This document shows, piece after piece, positions 53,785-63,002 of a stretch of DNA of 64,000 nucleotides; the stretch's first letter is position 1; every line of letters starts with the position of its first letter. Under the pieces are notes generated by a model. The model searched no databases. It was not told the origin of the DNA and was given only the letters and a program-made list of their open reading frames with translations. The stretch comes from Dehalococcoidia bacterium (GTDB lineage: Bacteria > Chloroflexota > Dehalococcoidia > Lucifugimonadales > GCA-2712585), in NCBI GenBank assembly GCA_965207845.1, contig CBDBNU010000003.1:52941-116940 (forward strand). Direction: 5' to 3'. A program made the translations under genes and the position numbers.

Positions 53785-55173
53785 GTGTATGAAGAGAGAC
53801 TCTTACCCAATAACATAGAGGCTGAAGAAGCCGTCATCGCGTCCCTGCTCATCGACGGGGAGTCCATCCTGAAGGTGGCCGGACGTCTGACCCCGCAGGA
53901 CTTCTACCGGGACCGGAACTCCTACTGCTACGAGGCGTGCATCGCCCTCTTCGAGCGGCGGGAGGCCATCAACCAGGTCACCGTCACCAACGAACTCAAC
54001 CTGAAGGAGCGGCTGGAGATGGTGGGCGGCGCCGCCTACCTGAGCCACCTGGTGTCCAGCGTTCCCACCTCGACACACATAGTCCACTACGCCACCGTGG
54101 TCGGGCGGGCCGCGATTATGCGACGGCTCATTGGCGCCGCTTCGGAAATCGCCAGCATCGGCTACCAGGGCACCGACGACGAGGAGGCCGCGCTCAGCCA
54201 GGCGGAGAACCTGCTGTTCAATCTCCGCACCGGACGCTCCACCCGCGAGTTTGTGCCCATCCGGGAGGTGCTGGACCAGTTTCTCGAAGACCGCACCGCC
54301 GTTGCGGAGCCACTGGCCGACGCCAGCTCGGTCATCATGAGCGGATTCTCCACCTTGGACGACCTGCTTGGCGGTCTCCAGCCCTCCGACCTGATTATCC
54401 TCGCCGCGCGCCCCAGCGTGGGCAAAAGCACCCTGGCCGTCAACATGGCCGTGAACGCCGCCCAGAACGGCTCCAGCGTCGGCATCTTCAGCCTGGAGAT
54501 GAGCCGGGAACAGCTGGCAATGCGGATTCTGGCCAGCGAAGCCAAGGTGGACTCCCACCGGCTCCGACTGTGGCTGCATCCCGGGTTGGACCTCTCCGCC
54601 CCTGAGGAGGAGCGGATCATCGACGCGGTGGGTTCCCTTTCGGAACTCTCCCTCTATATTGACGACACGCCCTTGCAGGGCATCGTGGAGATGCGGAGCA
54701 AGGCGCGCCGCCTGCACCTGGAGCGCAACCTGGACATGCTGGTGGTTGACTACATGCAGCTCATCGAAGGCGGGCGTCGTCTGGGCAATCGGGTGCAGGA
54801 GATAAGCGAAATCTCCCGTTCACTCAAGGGGCTGGCCCGGGATCTGAACATCCCCGTCCTCACCGTGTCCCAGCTCAGCCGCGCCGTGGAGATGCGGCCC
54901 TCCCACCGTCCCCAGCTTTCCGACCTGCGGGAGAGCGGGAGCATCGAGCAGGACGCGGACGTGGTGATGTTCATCTATCGCGAGGACATGTACACCACTG
55001 AGGAGGAGTGGCTCAACCGCTTTCCCGAAGGGCCGGAGTACCCTCGCAACGTGGCGGAGATTATCGTGGCCAAGCACCGCCACGGCCCCATCGGGAACAT
55101 CAAGCTGCTGTTCCACAACAGGCACGTTCGCTTTGAGCCCGCGCCCCTGGACAGGGAGTTCGCGACTACATGA
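53785..55173 (+). CDS. dnaB: replicative DNA helicase
   Basis: LPNNIEAEEAVIASLL N-terminal motif. Walker A ARPSVGKST. LVVDYMQLI. GSIEQDADVV. GTG start after GGAGG is preferred, because the alternative TTG at 53734 would include the hairpin. Confidence 0.9.
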   Translation: MYEERLLPNNIEAEEAVIASLLIDGESILKVAGRLTPQDFYRDRNSYCYEACIALFERREAINQVTVTNELNLKERLEMVGGAAYLSHLVSSVPTSTHIVHYATVVGRAAIMRRLIGAASEIASIGYQGTDDEEAALSQAENLLFNLRTGRSTREFVPIREVLDQFLEDRTAVAEPLADASSVIMSGFSTLDDLLGGLQPSDLIILAARPSVGKSTLAVNMAVNAAQNGSSVGIFSLEMSREQLAMRILASEAKVDSHRLRLWLHPGLDLSAPEEERIIDAVGSLSELSLYIDDTPLQGIVEMRSKARRLHLERNLDMLVVDYMQLIEGGRRLGNRVQEISEISRSLKGLARDLNIPVLTVSQLSRAVEMRPSHRPQLSDLRESGSIEQDADVVMFIYREDMYTTEEEWLNRFPEGPEYPRNVAEIIVAKHRHGPIGNIKLLFHNRHVRFEPAPLDREFATT

Positions 55174-55874
55174 ACCCCAAGTCGCTTCCTTCGACCACCA
55201 CGTTCACGCCTGTGCCAGATCCCCTGCTTGGCGACGTGCTGAAAAGCATCGACAGCCTGGCGGAGTTGAAGTGCATCCTCCGGGCATTGTGGCACATCCA
55301 CCGGAAGAAGGGCGTCCTCCGCAGCGTATCCCTGGGTGAACTGAGAGACGATCCGGTTCTTCGGGACGAGCTGGAACCGGAACAGATTGAGGACGCCATG
55401 AACGGCGGAGCGAGGCGGGGCATCTTCGCCAAGGGAATTGTGGCAACCGGTCGGGGGAAGACGCCAATCTTTGTGCTCAACCAGGAGAATCACCGCGCCG
55501 CGCTCCGGCGGGCTGTGGCCGGTGAGATTACGCTGCCCGTGAGCGACGAGGATTGGACGGTGGAGCCGGCAAAGACAGCGGCGCGCCCCAACCTTTTCGA
55601 CCTGTACGAGCAGGAAATCGGAATGATTACACCAGTCGTCGCCGACGAGTTGAAGGTGGCGGAGAGAGAGTATCCGAAGGAATGGATAGAGACCGCCGTG
55701 CGGGAAGCGGCCCTGGGCGGTAAGCGAAGCTGGCCTTACGTGAAGGCCATCCTCCGACGGTGGAATAGAGAAGGCAGATCTGATGGAAAGTTTGGGAGAG
55801 ATTCTAAAGCGCGTGACCCAAAGCGCTACATCGAGGAATATGAACGGAGACGGGGGATCCCGTCTGGAAGCTGA
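55170..55874 (+). CDS. DnaD-domain replication/primosome protein
   Basis: C-terminal NLFDLYEQEIGMITPVVADELKVAEREYPKEWIETAVREAALGGKRSWPYVKAILRRWNREG matches the DnaD/DnaB_2 domain pattern. 4-nt overlap with the dnaB stop. Confidence 0.7.
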   Translation: MNPKSLPSTTTFTPVPDPLLGDVLKSIDSLAELKCILRALWHIHRKKGVLRSVSLGELRDDPVLRDELEPEQIEDAMNGGARRGIFAKGIVATGRGKTPIFVLNQENHRAALRRAVAGEITLPVSDEDWTVEPAKTAARPNLFDLYEQEIGMITPVVADELKVAEREYPKEWIETAVREAALGGKRSWPYVKAILRRWNREGRSDGKFGRDSKARDPKRYIEEYERRRGIPSGS

Positions 55875-56616
55875 GGAGCCTGGAGACCGCTGCCCCATTT
55901 GCGACGGCTACGGCTGGGTAGAGCGAAGGGTGCCCCTGGGACACCCCGACTTCGGCGAGCTATTTCCCTGCCGGTGTCGCCAGCAGGCAACGGAGGGAGA
56001 ACGGTTCCAGCGATTGCAGCGGTATAGCGGCCTGTCGGAAGAGATGCTGCGCCGCATGACCTTTGAGTCCTTCGACACGAAGCGCTTTGACACCGACCGC
56101 ACCGGTAGGGGCTACCTGGAGAACGCCTACAATGCCGCGACCAACTTTGCCATGCAACCGGACGGATGGCTGCTCATCACGGGCGCCCACGGCAGTGGCA
56201 AGACCCACCTCGCGGTGGCGGTCCTGGAGCGGTGCATCAGCAACGGAGTCCTTTCTCACTTCGCCTTCGTGCCGGACCTGCTGGACCACCTGCGAGCCGC
56301 CTTCAACCCGAACAGCCCCGTGCAGTACGACCAGCTCTTTGAGCAGGTGAAGTCGGTGCCGCTGCTGATTCTCGACGACCTGGGGGCGGAGAGCACCACC
56401 GCCTGGGCCAGGGAGAAGCTATACCAGATAGTGGTCCACCGTCACAACGGCCGGCTACCCACGGTGATAACCACCTACATCACCATGGATGAGATGGAAG
56501 AAACCCACCCGCGGCTGTACTCCCGACTGATGGACTCCTTCATCACCTGGGTGCCGATCAGCGCCCCGGACTACCGGGACAATCGGCGGGGCCGGCCCCG
56601 CCGACGGGACATCTAG
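55783..56616 (+). CDS. DnaC/DnaI-type helicase loader ATPase
   Basis: N-terminal zinc motif CPICDGYG...CRC. Walker A ITGAHGSGKTHLAVA. Walker B LLILDDLGAE. The start is uncertain: 55783 gives a 92-nt overlap with the upstream gene and ATG at 55840 gives 35 nt. Confidence 0.8.
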   Translation: MESLGEILKRVTQSATSRNMNGDGGSRLEAEEPGDRCPICDGYGWVERRVPLGHPDFGELFPCRCRQQATEGERFQRLQRYSGLSEEMLRRMTFESFDTKRFDTDRTGRGYLENAYNAATNFAMQPDGWLLITGAHGSGKTHLAVAVLERCISNGVLSHFAFVPDLLDHLRAAFNPNSPVQYDQLFEQVKSVPLLILDDLGAESTTAWAREKLYQIVVHRHNGRLPTVITTYITMDEMEETHPRLYSRLMDSFITWVPISAPDYRDNRRGRPRRRDI

Positions 56617-56619
56617 CCG

Positions 56620-56949
56620 ATGCCGAAGGACTGCATCTTCTGCCAGATAATCGCCGGTGAAGCCGAAGCCACCTTCTACCGGCGGGAGGATGACTTCATC
56701 GTCATCAAGAACAAGCTGAACTGGGTGCCGGTGATGCTGCTGGGGATACCCACCACCCACCTCAGCCAGCAGGAGCTTTGGCAGTCTTCCGTCTTACCCA
56801 GGATAGGCAAAGCGCTTCAGGAATTAGGGGAAGAAAAAACGCCGGGGGGCTTTCGGGTACTTTCCAACTTCGGCCGGGACGCCATGCAGAGCCAGCTTCA
56901 CGGACACGTGCACCTGATTGGCGGCCTTCACCTGGGCCCCTACGCCTGA
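56620..56949 (+). CDS. HIT-family (histidine triad) protein
   Basis: CIFCQIIAGE N-terminus and HGHVHLIGG triad. 109 aa. Confidence 0.88.
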   Translation: MPKDCIFCQIIAGEAEATFYRREDDFIVIKNKLNWVPVMLLGIPTTHLSQQELWQSSVLPRIGKALQELGEEKTPGGFRVLSNFGRDAMQSQLHGHVHLIGGLHLGPYA

Positions 56950-57785
56950 GGGTTGGCTATCTGCCAGTAGCGTCGTCCCTCCGACGTCATAATTCGGCCG
57001 AAGTGGGCGCCGGTGGGGAAGTGTCCCGCGGCGACCAGCATATTCTCTTGCTGAATACGCTCCACCATCGCCAGCCGCGTTTTCCGCGCCTCGTCGAAGT
57101 CCACGTCGGCCCGCGAACCCCACTCCGGCTTCATCACCTGCACCACGCTCTGGATCAGGTCGCCCGTGACCAGGCCACGCTGACCCTGCGACGCAATCAT
57201 CACCGTCTGGTGCCCCGGGGTGTGTCCGGGGGTTGGCAGCGTTGTCACCTCGTCGGTTATCGTGTGCTCTCCCTCCACCAGGTCCATGACCCCCAGCGGT
57301 TCCAGCGGCTCAACGCTTTCAGCGACGAAGGGCGCGGTGGGGGCAACTTCTGGCTGCCTGAAATACTCCCAGTCGGCCCTGGGGGCCAGGTAGCGGGCTG
57401 AGGTGAAGGTGGGGTTGCCTTCTGCGTCCAGATTCCAGCCCACGTGGTCGCCGTGGAGATGGGTATGCACCACGAAGTCCACGTCCTCCGGCGGCAGTCC
57501 TTCTTCCCTCATGCGCTGGACCAGCTCGCCCCGGCGATTGCCCCGTTCCGGGTGCGGGCCGGGCCCCATGCCCGTATCCACGAGAATCAGCTTCCCGTGG
57601 GATCGGATGGCGAAGCAGCCGTAGTAGAGCTGGAGATTGCCGTCCACGTCCAACACGTCCTTGCGGTAGGGATCCCACCAGTCCAGCGGGATGCTGGGGA
57701 AGAAGTCGTCGGGAGGATAGGCGGGCGGGATCATATCCAGGAGCGCCCAGACTTCCACGCCGCCAACGTTGATTTTCTCTGTCAT
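56940..57785 (-). CDS. MBL-fold metallo-hydrolase
   Basis: VVHTHLHGDHVGWN (HxHxDH) and later TPGHTPGH. 281 aa. Confidence 0.85.
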   Translation of the reverse strand: MTEKINVGGVEVWALLDMIPPAYPPDDFFPSIPLDWWDPYRKDVLDVDGNLQLYYGCFAIRSHGKLILVDTGMGPGPHPERGNRRGELVQRMREEGLPPEDVDFVVHTHLHGDHVGWNLDAEGNPTFTSARYLAPRADWEYFRQPEVAPTAPFVAESVEPLEPLGVMDLVEGEHTITDEVTTLPTPGHTPGHQTVMIASQGQRGLVTGDLIQSVVQVMKPEWGSRADVDFDEARKTRLAMVERIQQENMLVAAGHFPTGAHFGRIMTSEGRRYWQIANPQA

Positions 57786-57795
57786 TGGTTGCCCC

Positions 57796-58308
57796 CTAGT
57801 AAGTAATCAGGCTGGAAATCTCGTAGCCCTGCAGCTTCCTGCGGCCCTCCAGGAAGGAAAGCTCAACCACCAGTGAGAGCACGTCGACGGTCGCGCCCGC
57901 TTTCTCCACCAGCTGGCAGGCCGCCTCAAGAGTGCCGCCCGTGGCCAGAACGTCGTCCACCACCGCCACCCGCTGACCCGCCGCAACCCCGTCCGTGTGC
58001 ATCTCAATGGAGTCCTCGCCGTACTCCAGAGTGTAGGTGACGGAAATAACGTCGTAGGGGAGCTTTCCCCGCTTCCTGACGGGCACGATGGGGAGCCCAA
58101 GCTCGTAGGCGAGGGCGGCGCCGAAGAGAAACCCCCTCGCGTCGACGGCAATCAACGCATCAAGGCCCCGGCTGCGAAGGGGCACCGCCAATCTGTTGAC
58201 CGTCTCCCGGAAGGCCTCCGGGGCTCTCAGCAGGGGGGTGATATCCTTAAAGATGATGCCGGGCTCCGGAAAGTCCGGGATGTCTCTGATGAAGTCCTCT
58301 AATCTCAT
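57796..58308 (-). CDS. apt: adenine phosphoribosyltransferase
   Basis: Internal Met start MRLEDFIRDIPDFPEPGIIFKDITPLL with a GGAGG ribosome-binding site. PRPP motif VAVVDDVLATGGT. Confidence 0.9.
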   Translation of the reverse strand: MRLEDFIRDIPDFPEPGIIFKDITPLLRAPEAFRETVNRLAVPLRSRGLDALIAVDARGFLFGAALAYELGLPIVPVRKRGKLPYDVISVTYTLEYGEDSIEMHTDGVAAGQRVAVVDDVLATGGTLEAACQLVEKAGATVDVLSLVVELSFLEGRRKLQGYEISSLITY

Positions 58309-58378
58309 TTGCGCCTCCACGCGCCCATTATACCCACCCCGGCGGCATCCGTTCCAACCCACCCTTCAGAACTCCTTA

Positions 58379-58430
58379 CCCCTTGATGGGGAAAGACTAA
58401 CCCTGCCCTGAGCTTGTCGAACGATGGTGG
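58379..58430 (-). repeat. dispersed repeat copy (TTCGACAAGCTCAGGGCAGG ... CCCCATCAAGGGG), inverted relative to 2538-2590
   Basis: The reverse complement CCACCATCGTTCGACAAGCTCAGGGCAGGGTTAGTCTTTCCCCATCAAGGGG aligns with 2538-2590. Confidence 0.7.
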
Positions 58431-58760
58431 CGAATACTAACCCTCACAACCCACCCGAGTGACATTTGGCCTATTGCCCTTATTCATCCTCACCTGCTAC
58501 CATGCCTCCCATGAAAACATTTCTTCGCCATCGCTCAAATTCTCCACCCCCATTCGCCTCCGTGTGAGGATTCCTCTCCCCATTTTCTTAAAACGAATAG
58601 ACCATAATTTTTTCAGGCACGAAAATTCTGGTTTTGGCCCGTATTTGATTTCCAAATCGAATCCTCCACCGTCGGAATGTCCCGCCCCGGCTCCCGGAAC
58701 CGACTCTGGTAGAATAAGCCCAACCACAACCCATAGAACACGCAGCCCAGGGAGAGAAAA

Positions 58761-59810
58761 ATGAAACGCATAGCCATCTTTGGAGCCGGAGCCGTGGGAA
58801 GCTACCTGGGGGCCTTCATGACCCGCGAGGGAGAGGACGTAACCGTCATCGACCAGTGGCACGAGCACGTGGAGGCGGTCAAGGCCAACGGGATGAACGT
58901 CACCGGCACCCAGGGCCCCTTCAACGCACCCGTGAAAGCTGTGCACATTCATGAAGCACAATCCTTCGGGCGGGTGTTTGACGTGGCGTTCATCGCCGTG
59001 AAGTCCTACGACACCCTCTGGGCTGCGACGTTCATGGAGCGGTATCTGAAGCCGACGGGGTACATGGTCTCCTCCCAGAACGGCATCAACGACGAGACTA
59101 TCGCGTCGGTGGTGGGCATTCGCCGCGCCATCGGCTGCGTCATGTCCAACATCCAGGTTGCGCTCTGGACGCCGGGCGAGACCCACCGGGGCGGTGAATT
59201 CGGGCGGGATCGCGGACACGACGTGTTTCGCGTCGGGCATATCGACGGGGCGGTCACCGACGCCGTGCTGCGGGTGGTCGAGCTGGTGTCCAGCGTCGAC
59301 GGGGCAAAGGCCACAACCAACCTGGCGGGGGAGCGGTGGGCCAAGCTGGCCGCCAACTGCATGGGCAACCCGGTCGGCGCAATGTCAGGCCTCGGCTCCC
59401 ATGGCCAGGCCGACTCCGCGGAGGCCCGCCGGCTGAAGATCCACATCACCCGCGAGGTGGTTCAGGTGGCCACGGCCCTGGGGCATCGCGTGGAGGGTAT
59501 CAGCGGCGTGAGCGCCGAGACGTGGCTTCTGACGGATAGGGGCGACGTGCTGGAGGACCTGGACGCCCGGCTGCGGGGCAAGGGTCGCGTGGACTGGCAT
59601 TCTTCGATGGGGCAGGACGCGATCAAGGGGCGGCGGTCGGAGATTGACCACCTGAACGGCCTCGTGTGTCGCCGCGGCGCGGAGGCGGGGGTCCCCACGC
59701 CCTATAACGACAGCGTGGTCGCGCTGATGCGAAGGGTGGACGCGGGGGAGCTGCAGCAGTCGCCTGACAACATCAGCCGGGCGTTGGAGACCGGCGACGC
59801 TGCGTCCTAA
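58761..59810 (+). CDS. ketopantoate reductase (PanE/ApbA) family oxidoreductase
   Basis: MKRIAIFGAGAVGSYLG Rossmann N-terminus, SQNG and family-like C-terminal domain. 349 aa. Confidence 0.75.
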   Translation: MKRIAIFGAGAVGSYLGAFMTREGEDVTVIDQWHEHVEAVKANGMNVTGTQGPFNAPVKAVHIHEAQSFGRVFDVAFIAVKSYDTLWAATFMERYLKPTGYMVSSQNGINDETIASVVGIRRAIGCVMSNIQVALWTPGETHRGGEFGRDRGHDVFRVGHIDGAVTDAVLRVVELVSSVDGAKATTNLAGERWAKLAANCMGNPVGAMSGLGSHGQADSAEARRLKIHITREVVQVATALGHRVEGISGVSAETWLLTDRGDVLEDLDARLRGKGRVDWHSSMGQDAIKGRRSEIDHLNGLVCRRGAEAGVPTPYNDSVVALMRRVDAGELQQSPDNISRALETGDAAS

Positions 59811-59822
59811 CCCTACAGCCGT

Positions 59823-60803
59823 CTATCGCGGCGCGTTGAAGCGTCGCCTTCCCAGGCTGAGTCCCACAATGCCGACGATAAGACCCGCAATGGACAAGTC
59901 AGTCCGGCTGGGCGATATTCCGCAACCACCGCCGCTATCCTGTGCGAGAGTAGGTGCAGGTGTCGTAGGCGTGGGTGTGGGTGCCGTCGCCATGTACGTG
60001 GAAGTGGATGGGATAGGCGTGGGTGTTTCTTTCGTGGGTTGCTCAGTACCCACCTCTGGCGTTGGTCTGGGTGTGGGTGTTTCTTTCGTGGGTTGCTCAG
60101 TACCTGCCTCTGGCGTGGATCTGGGCGTGGGTGTTTCTTTCGTGGGTTGCTCAGTACCCACCTCTGGCGTTGGTCTGGGTGTGGGTGTTTCTTTCGTGGG
60201 TTGCTCAGTACCCACCTCTGGCGTTGGTCTGGGTGTGGGTGTTTCTTTCGTGGGTTGCTCAGTACCCGCCTCTGGCGTGGGCGTGGGTGTGGATGGGGCT
60301 GAGGCGGGTTTCTCCTCTTCTTCCGGCTCAGATTCTAGCTCAAGCGGAGGAAAAAGGGTCCCCGGAATCGGCGTATCTCCCTCGCCGAGCTCAGCCAGAT
60401 CTTCAGCAGCTTCGGCAATCAGGCGTGTACGGCTGTGAAGCGAATCCTCTTCACCGTCGTAAGAGTAGACAACGTATTCTTGGCCTATCTGGAACTTCCG
60501 CCCACAAATTGATTCGCTGTCTCTAGTTCTTATCATCCTCTTCTCTGCCAATGGCCCCTTCCATACAGTAGTAACAATAAATTCGTATATCGTTTCCTTA
60601 TATTCATATCCTCGGTCCAACGGCTCAGCCGAGGTCGCTTCTCCAAGAAATACTGAGTCGAACCTTTCCAACTCTTCTAATGGTGAACCGATAGGGATAG
60701 GCTCACAGCCGTATGTGCGCTCTGGATGCAAGAAAGACAGCAAGCCAGTAATCAAGACTGCCAGAGCCACGCCAACTGCAATCTGACCATAGCGGATAGC
60801 CAT
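59823..60803 (-). CDS. secreted TIMP/NTR-like domain protein on a Pro/Thr tandem-repeat stalk with Cys-containing C-terminal anchor
   Basis: Signal peptide ending TYG|CEP. The pattern CEP...FDSVFLGEA...YEFIVTTVWKG...ICGRKFQIGQEYVVY parallels the TIMP N-domain (C-x-C...VIRAKF...YEIKMTKMYKG...VCG). 5x TPE(V/A)GTEQPTKETPTPR(P/S). C-terminus GGGCGISPS plus TM helix plus RRR. Confidence 0.65.
   Translation of the reverse strand: MAIRYGQIAVGVALAVLITGLLSFLHPERTYGCEPIPIGSPLEELERFDSVFLGEATSAEPLDRGYEYKETIYEFIVTTVWKGPLAEKRMIRTRDSESICGRKFQIGQEYVVYSYDGEEDSLHSRTRLIAEAAEDLAELGEGDTPIPGTLFPPLELESEPEEEEKPASAPSTPTPTPEAGTEQPTKETPTPRPTPEVGTEQPTKETPTPRPTPEVGTEQPTKETPTPRSTPEAGTEQPTKETPTPRPTPEVGTEQPTKETPTPIPSTSTYMATAPTPTPTTPAPTLAQDSGGGCGISPSRTDLSIAGLIVGIVGLSLGRRRFNAPR
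60021..60290. repeat. 54-bp tandem repeat x5 (coding, 18-aa unit)
   Basis: Units start at 60021, 60075, 60129, 60183 and 60237. Three copies are identical and two differ at a few positions. Confidence 0.9.
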
Positions 60804-60951
60804 GAGGTCCCTTTCGCGCCAAGACTAGAATCAGTGTACAACATCGTCGTAAGGGGTAACCACTTGGCTTGATTCTGACTCCGACAACCGCCCCAGGCAT
60901 CGTTCAGGCGTGAAAACTGGCGAAAACACGTCATACGCCGCAGCCTAAGCT

Positions 60952-60981
60952 CAGGCGTGGACAGGCGTGACGTGGTATAAT
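60952..60981 (+). promoter_or_regulatory. putative gyrB promoter (extended -10) with tandem CAGGCGTG repeats
   Basis: TGgTATAAT at 60973-60981. CAGGCGTG at 60952 and 60962 (10-nt phasing) occupy the -35 region, with a third copy at 60905. Hairpin AGGGGCG-TTCCG-CGCCCCT in the leader. Confidence 0.5.
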
Positions 60982-61052
60982 CACAATATGTAAATTAGGG
61001 GCGTTCCGCGCCCCTCGCCAAGACGGCCTTAAATAGGATTTGGGAGACCTGC

Positions 61053-62993
61053 TTGATGACCACCGAAACGCAGACCAGATACACCGCCAAGGACATCGTT
61101 GTCCTTGAAGGACTGGAGGCCGTTCGCCGCCGCCCCGGCATGTACATCGGCAGCACGGACCAACGGGGCCTGCACCATCTTATCTACGAAATTGTCGACA
61201 ACGCCGTGGACGAAGCCATGGCCGGATTCTGCACCAGCGTGGACATCATTCTCCGGGAGGACGGGGCCGTTTCCGTCACCGACGACGGTCGCGGCATCCC
61301 CGTGGACATTCACCCGACTACGGGCAAGACGGCCCTCGAGACCGTCATGACCACCCTTCACGCCGGCGGCAAGTTCGGCGGCGGGGCATACAAGGTCTCC
61401 GGCGGCCTCCACGGCGTCGGCGCCTCTGTCGTCAACGCCCTTGCCAGCGACCTGGAGGTGGAGGTGAGAAGGGAAAACGCCCTCTACCGCCAGACCTTCA
61501 GTCGCGGCGACGTGTTGACGGAAATGACTCGAGAGATGAACTTCGGCACAACGGGCACCCGCATCACTTATACGCCAGACTCAGAGATCTTCCCAGAGCT
61601 CAACTACGACTTCAACGTCATAATCGATCACCTGAAGCAGGTGGCCTACCTGAACCGGGGCCTGGCCATCAAGTTCGTGAGCGAGCGTCACGCCAAGCAG
61701 CGGAAGGGCGACGTGGAGCGCTCTTACTACTTCGACGGCGGCATCAGCGACTTCGTGCGCAACCTGAACCGGGGTCGCAAGACCTTGCAGGCCGCGCCCT
61801 TTTACTTCGAAAAGACCGTCGAAGGCACCGTCGTAGAAGTCGCTCTGCAGTACAACGACAGCGCCTACGAGAACATCTACACCTTCGCCAACTGCATCAA
61901 CACGGAGGAGGGCGGCACCCACCTGACGGGCTTCCGCGCCGGTCTGACCCGCGGCGTAAACGACTACGCCCGCAGGTCCAAGCTCATCAAGGACGACCAG
62001 CCAAACTTCTCAGGCGAAGATGTGCGGGAGGGGCTGGCGGCTGTCGTCAGCGTGAAGATTGAGGAGCCGCAATTTGAAGGGCAGACGAAGACCAAGCTGG
62101 GCAACGCCGAGGTCAAAAGCATCGTCGAATCCTCCCTGGTGGAGGCCCTCAGCCAGTACCTGGAGGAGCACCCCAACGAGGGCAAGCAGATAATCGCCAA
62201 GTCCACGGTCAACCAGAAGGCCCGGGAAGCGGCCCGCAAGGCCAGGGCGCTGGTCCTCCGCAAGAACGCTCTCGACGGCAGCTCCCTGCCCGGCAAGCTG
62301 GCGGACTGCTCGGAACGCAATCCCGAGCTTTCGGAACTGTTCATCGTCGAGGGCGAGTCGGCGGGCGGCTCCGCCAAGATGGGCCGGGACCGCCGATTCC
62401 AGGCCATCCTCCCCATCAAGGGCAAGATTCTCAACGTGGAGAAGGCCCCCCGCGACCGGGTCATCGCCCATGAGGAGATTCGCGCACTCATCGCCGCCCT
62501 GGGCGCCAATGAGGGGGAGGAGTTCGACGCCGAGAAGCTACGCTATCACAAGATAATCATCATGACGGACGCCGACGTGGACGGCTCCCACATCCGCACC
62601 CTGCTGCTGACGTTCTTCTTCCGCGGCATGGAAGACCTGATCAAGGGCGACTATCTCTACATCGCCCAGCCTCCCCTCTACCGCATCCAGGTGGGCCGCA
62701 AGGTGACCTACGTGTACACGGAGGAGGAGAAGGACGAGTTTGTAGCGGGGGTCAACGGCAACCGCAAGGTGAACCTCCAGCGGTACAAGGGACTCGGAGA
62801 GATGAACCCCGAGCAGCTCTGGGAGACGACCATGGACCCGGAGAAGCGCAGCCTGCTGAGCGTGGTGATGGAGGGCGAACAGAACCGGGAAGAGGCCAGG
62901 CGTGCCTTCTCCGACCTGATGGGCGCCGACGTAGCCCCCAGGAAGCGTTGGATTCAGGCAAACGCCCGCAACGTGAAGGAACTGGACGTTTAG
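61053..62993 (+). CDS. gyrB: DNA gyrase subunit B
   Basis: YTAKDIVVLEGLEAVRRRPGMYIGST, GGLHGVGASVVNALS-type motif, TOPRIM EGESAGGSAK, and IMTDADVDGSHIRTLLLTFFFR. 646 aa. Confidence 0.97.
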   Translation: MMTTETQTRYTAKDIVVLEGLEAVRRRPGMYIGSTDQRGLHHLIYEIVDNAVDEAMAGFCTSVDIILREDGAVSVTDDGRGIPVDIHPTTGKTALETVMTTLHAGGKFGGGAYKVSGGLHGVGASVVNALASDLEVEVRRENALYRQTFSRGDVLTEMTREMNFGTTGTRITYTPDSEIFPELNYDFNVIIDHLKQVAYLNRGLAIKFVSERHAKQRKGDVERSYYFDGGISDFVRNLNRGRKTLQAAPFYFEKTVEGTVVEVALQYNDSAYENIYTFANCINTEEGGTHLTGFRAGLTRGVNDYARRSKLIKDDQPNFSGEDVREGLAAVVSVKIEEPQFEGQTKTKLGNAEVKSIVESSLVEALSQYLEEHPNEGKQIIAKSTVNQKAREAARKARALVLRKNALDGSSLPGKLADCSERNPELSELFIVEGESAGGSAKMGRDRRFQAILPIKGKILNVEKAPRDRVIAHEEIRALIAALGANEGEEFDAEKLRYHKIIIMTDADVDGSHIRTLLLTFFFRGMEDLIKGDYLYIAQPPLYRIQVGRKVTYVYTEEEKDEFVAGVNGNRKVNLQRYKGLGEMNPEQLWETTMDPEKRSLLSVVMEGEQNREEARRAFSDLMGADVAPRKRWIQANARNVKELDV

Positions 62994-63002
62994 GAGCCCC
63001 CC

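Noticed and set aside
53803-55898. Minus-strand ORFs 53803-54717 and 54975-55898
   Set aside because: Antisense to dnaB and the DnaD-like gene.
57796-58362. 18-aa N-terminal extension of apt
   Set aside because: The canonical Apt N-terminus MRLEDFIRDIP starts at 58308 with a GGAGG ribosome-binding site.
58497-59240. 247-aa minus-strand ORF
   Set aside because: Antisense to the PanE-family gene and running into a non-coding region.
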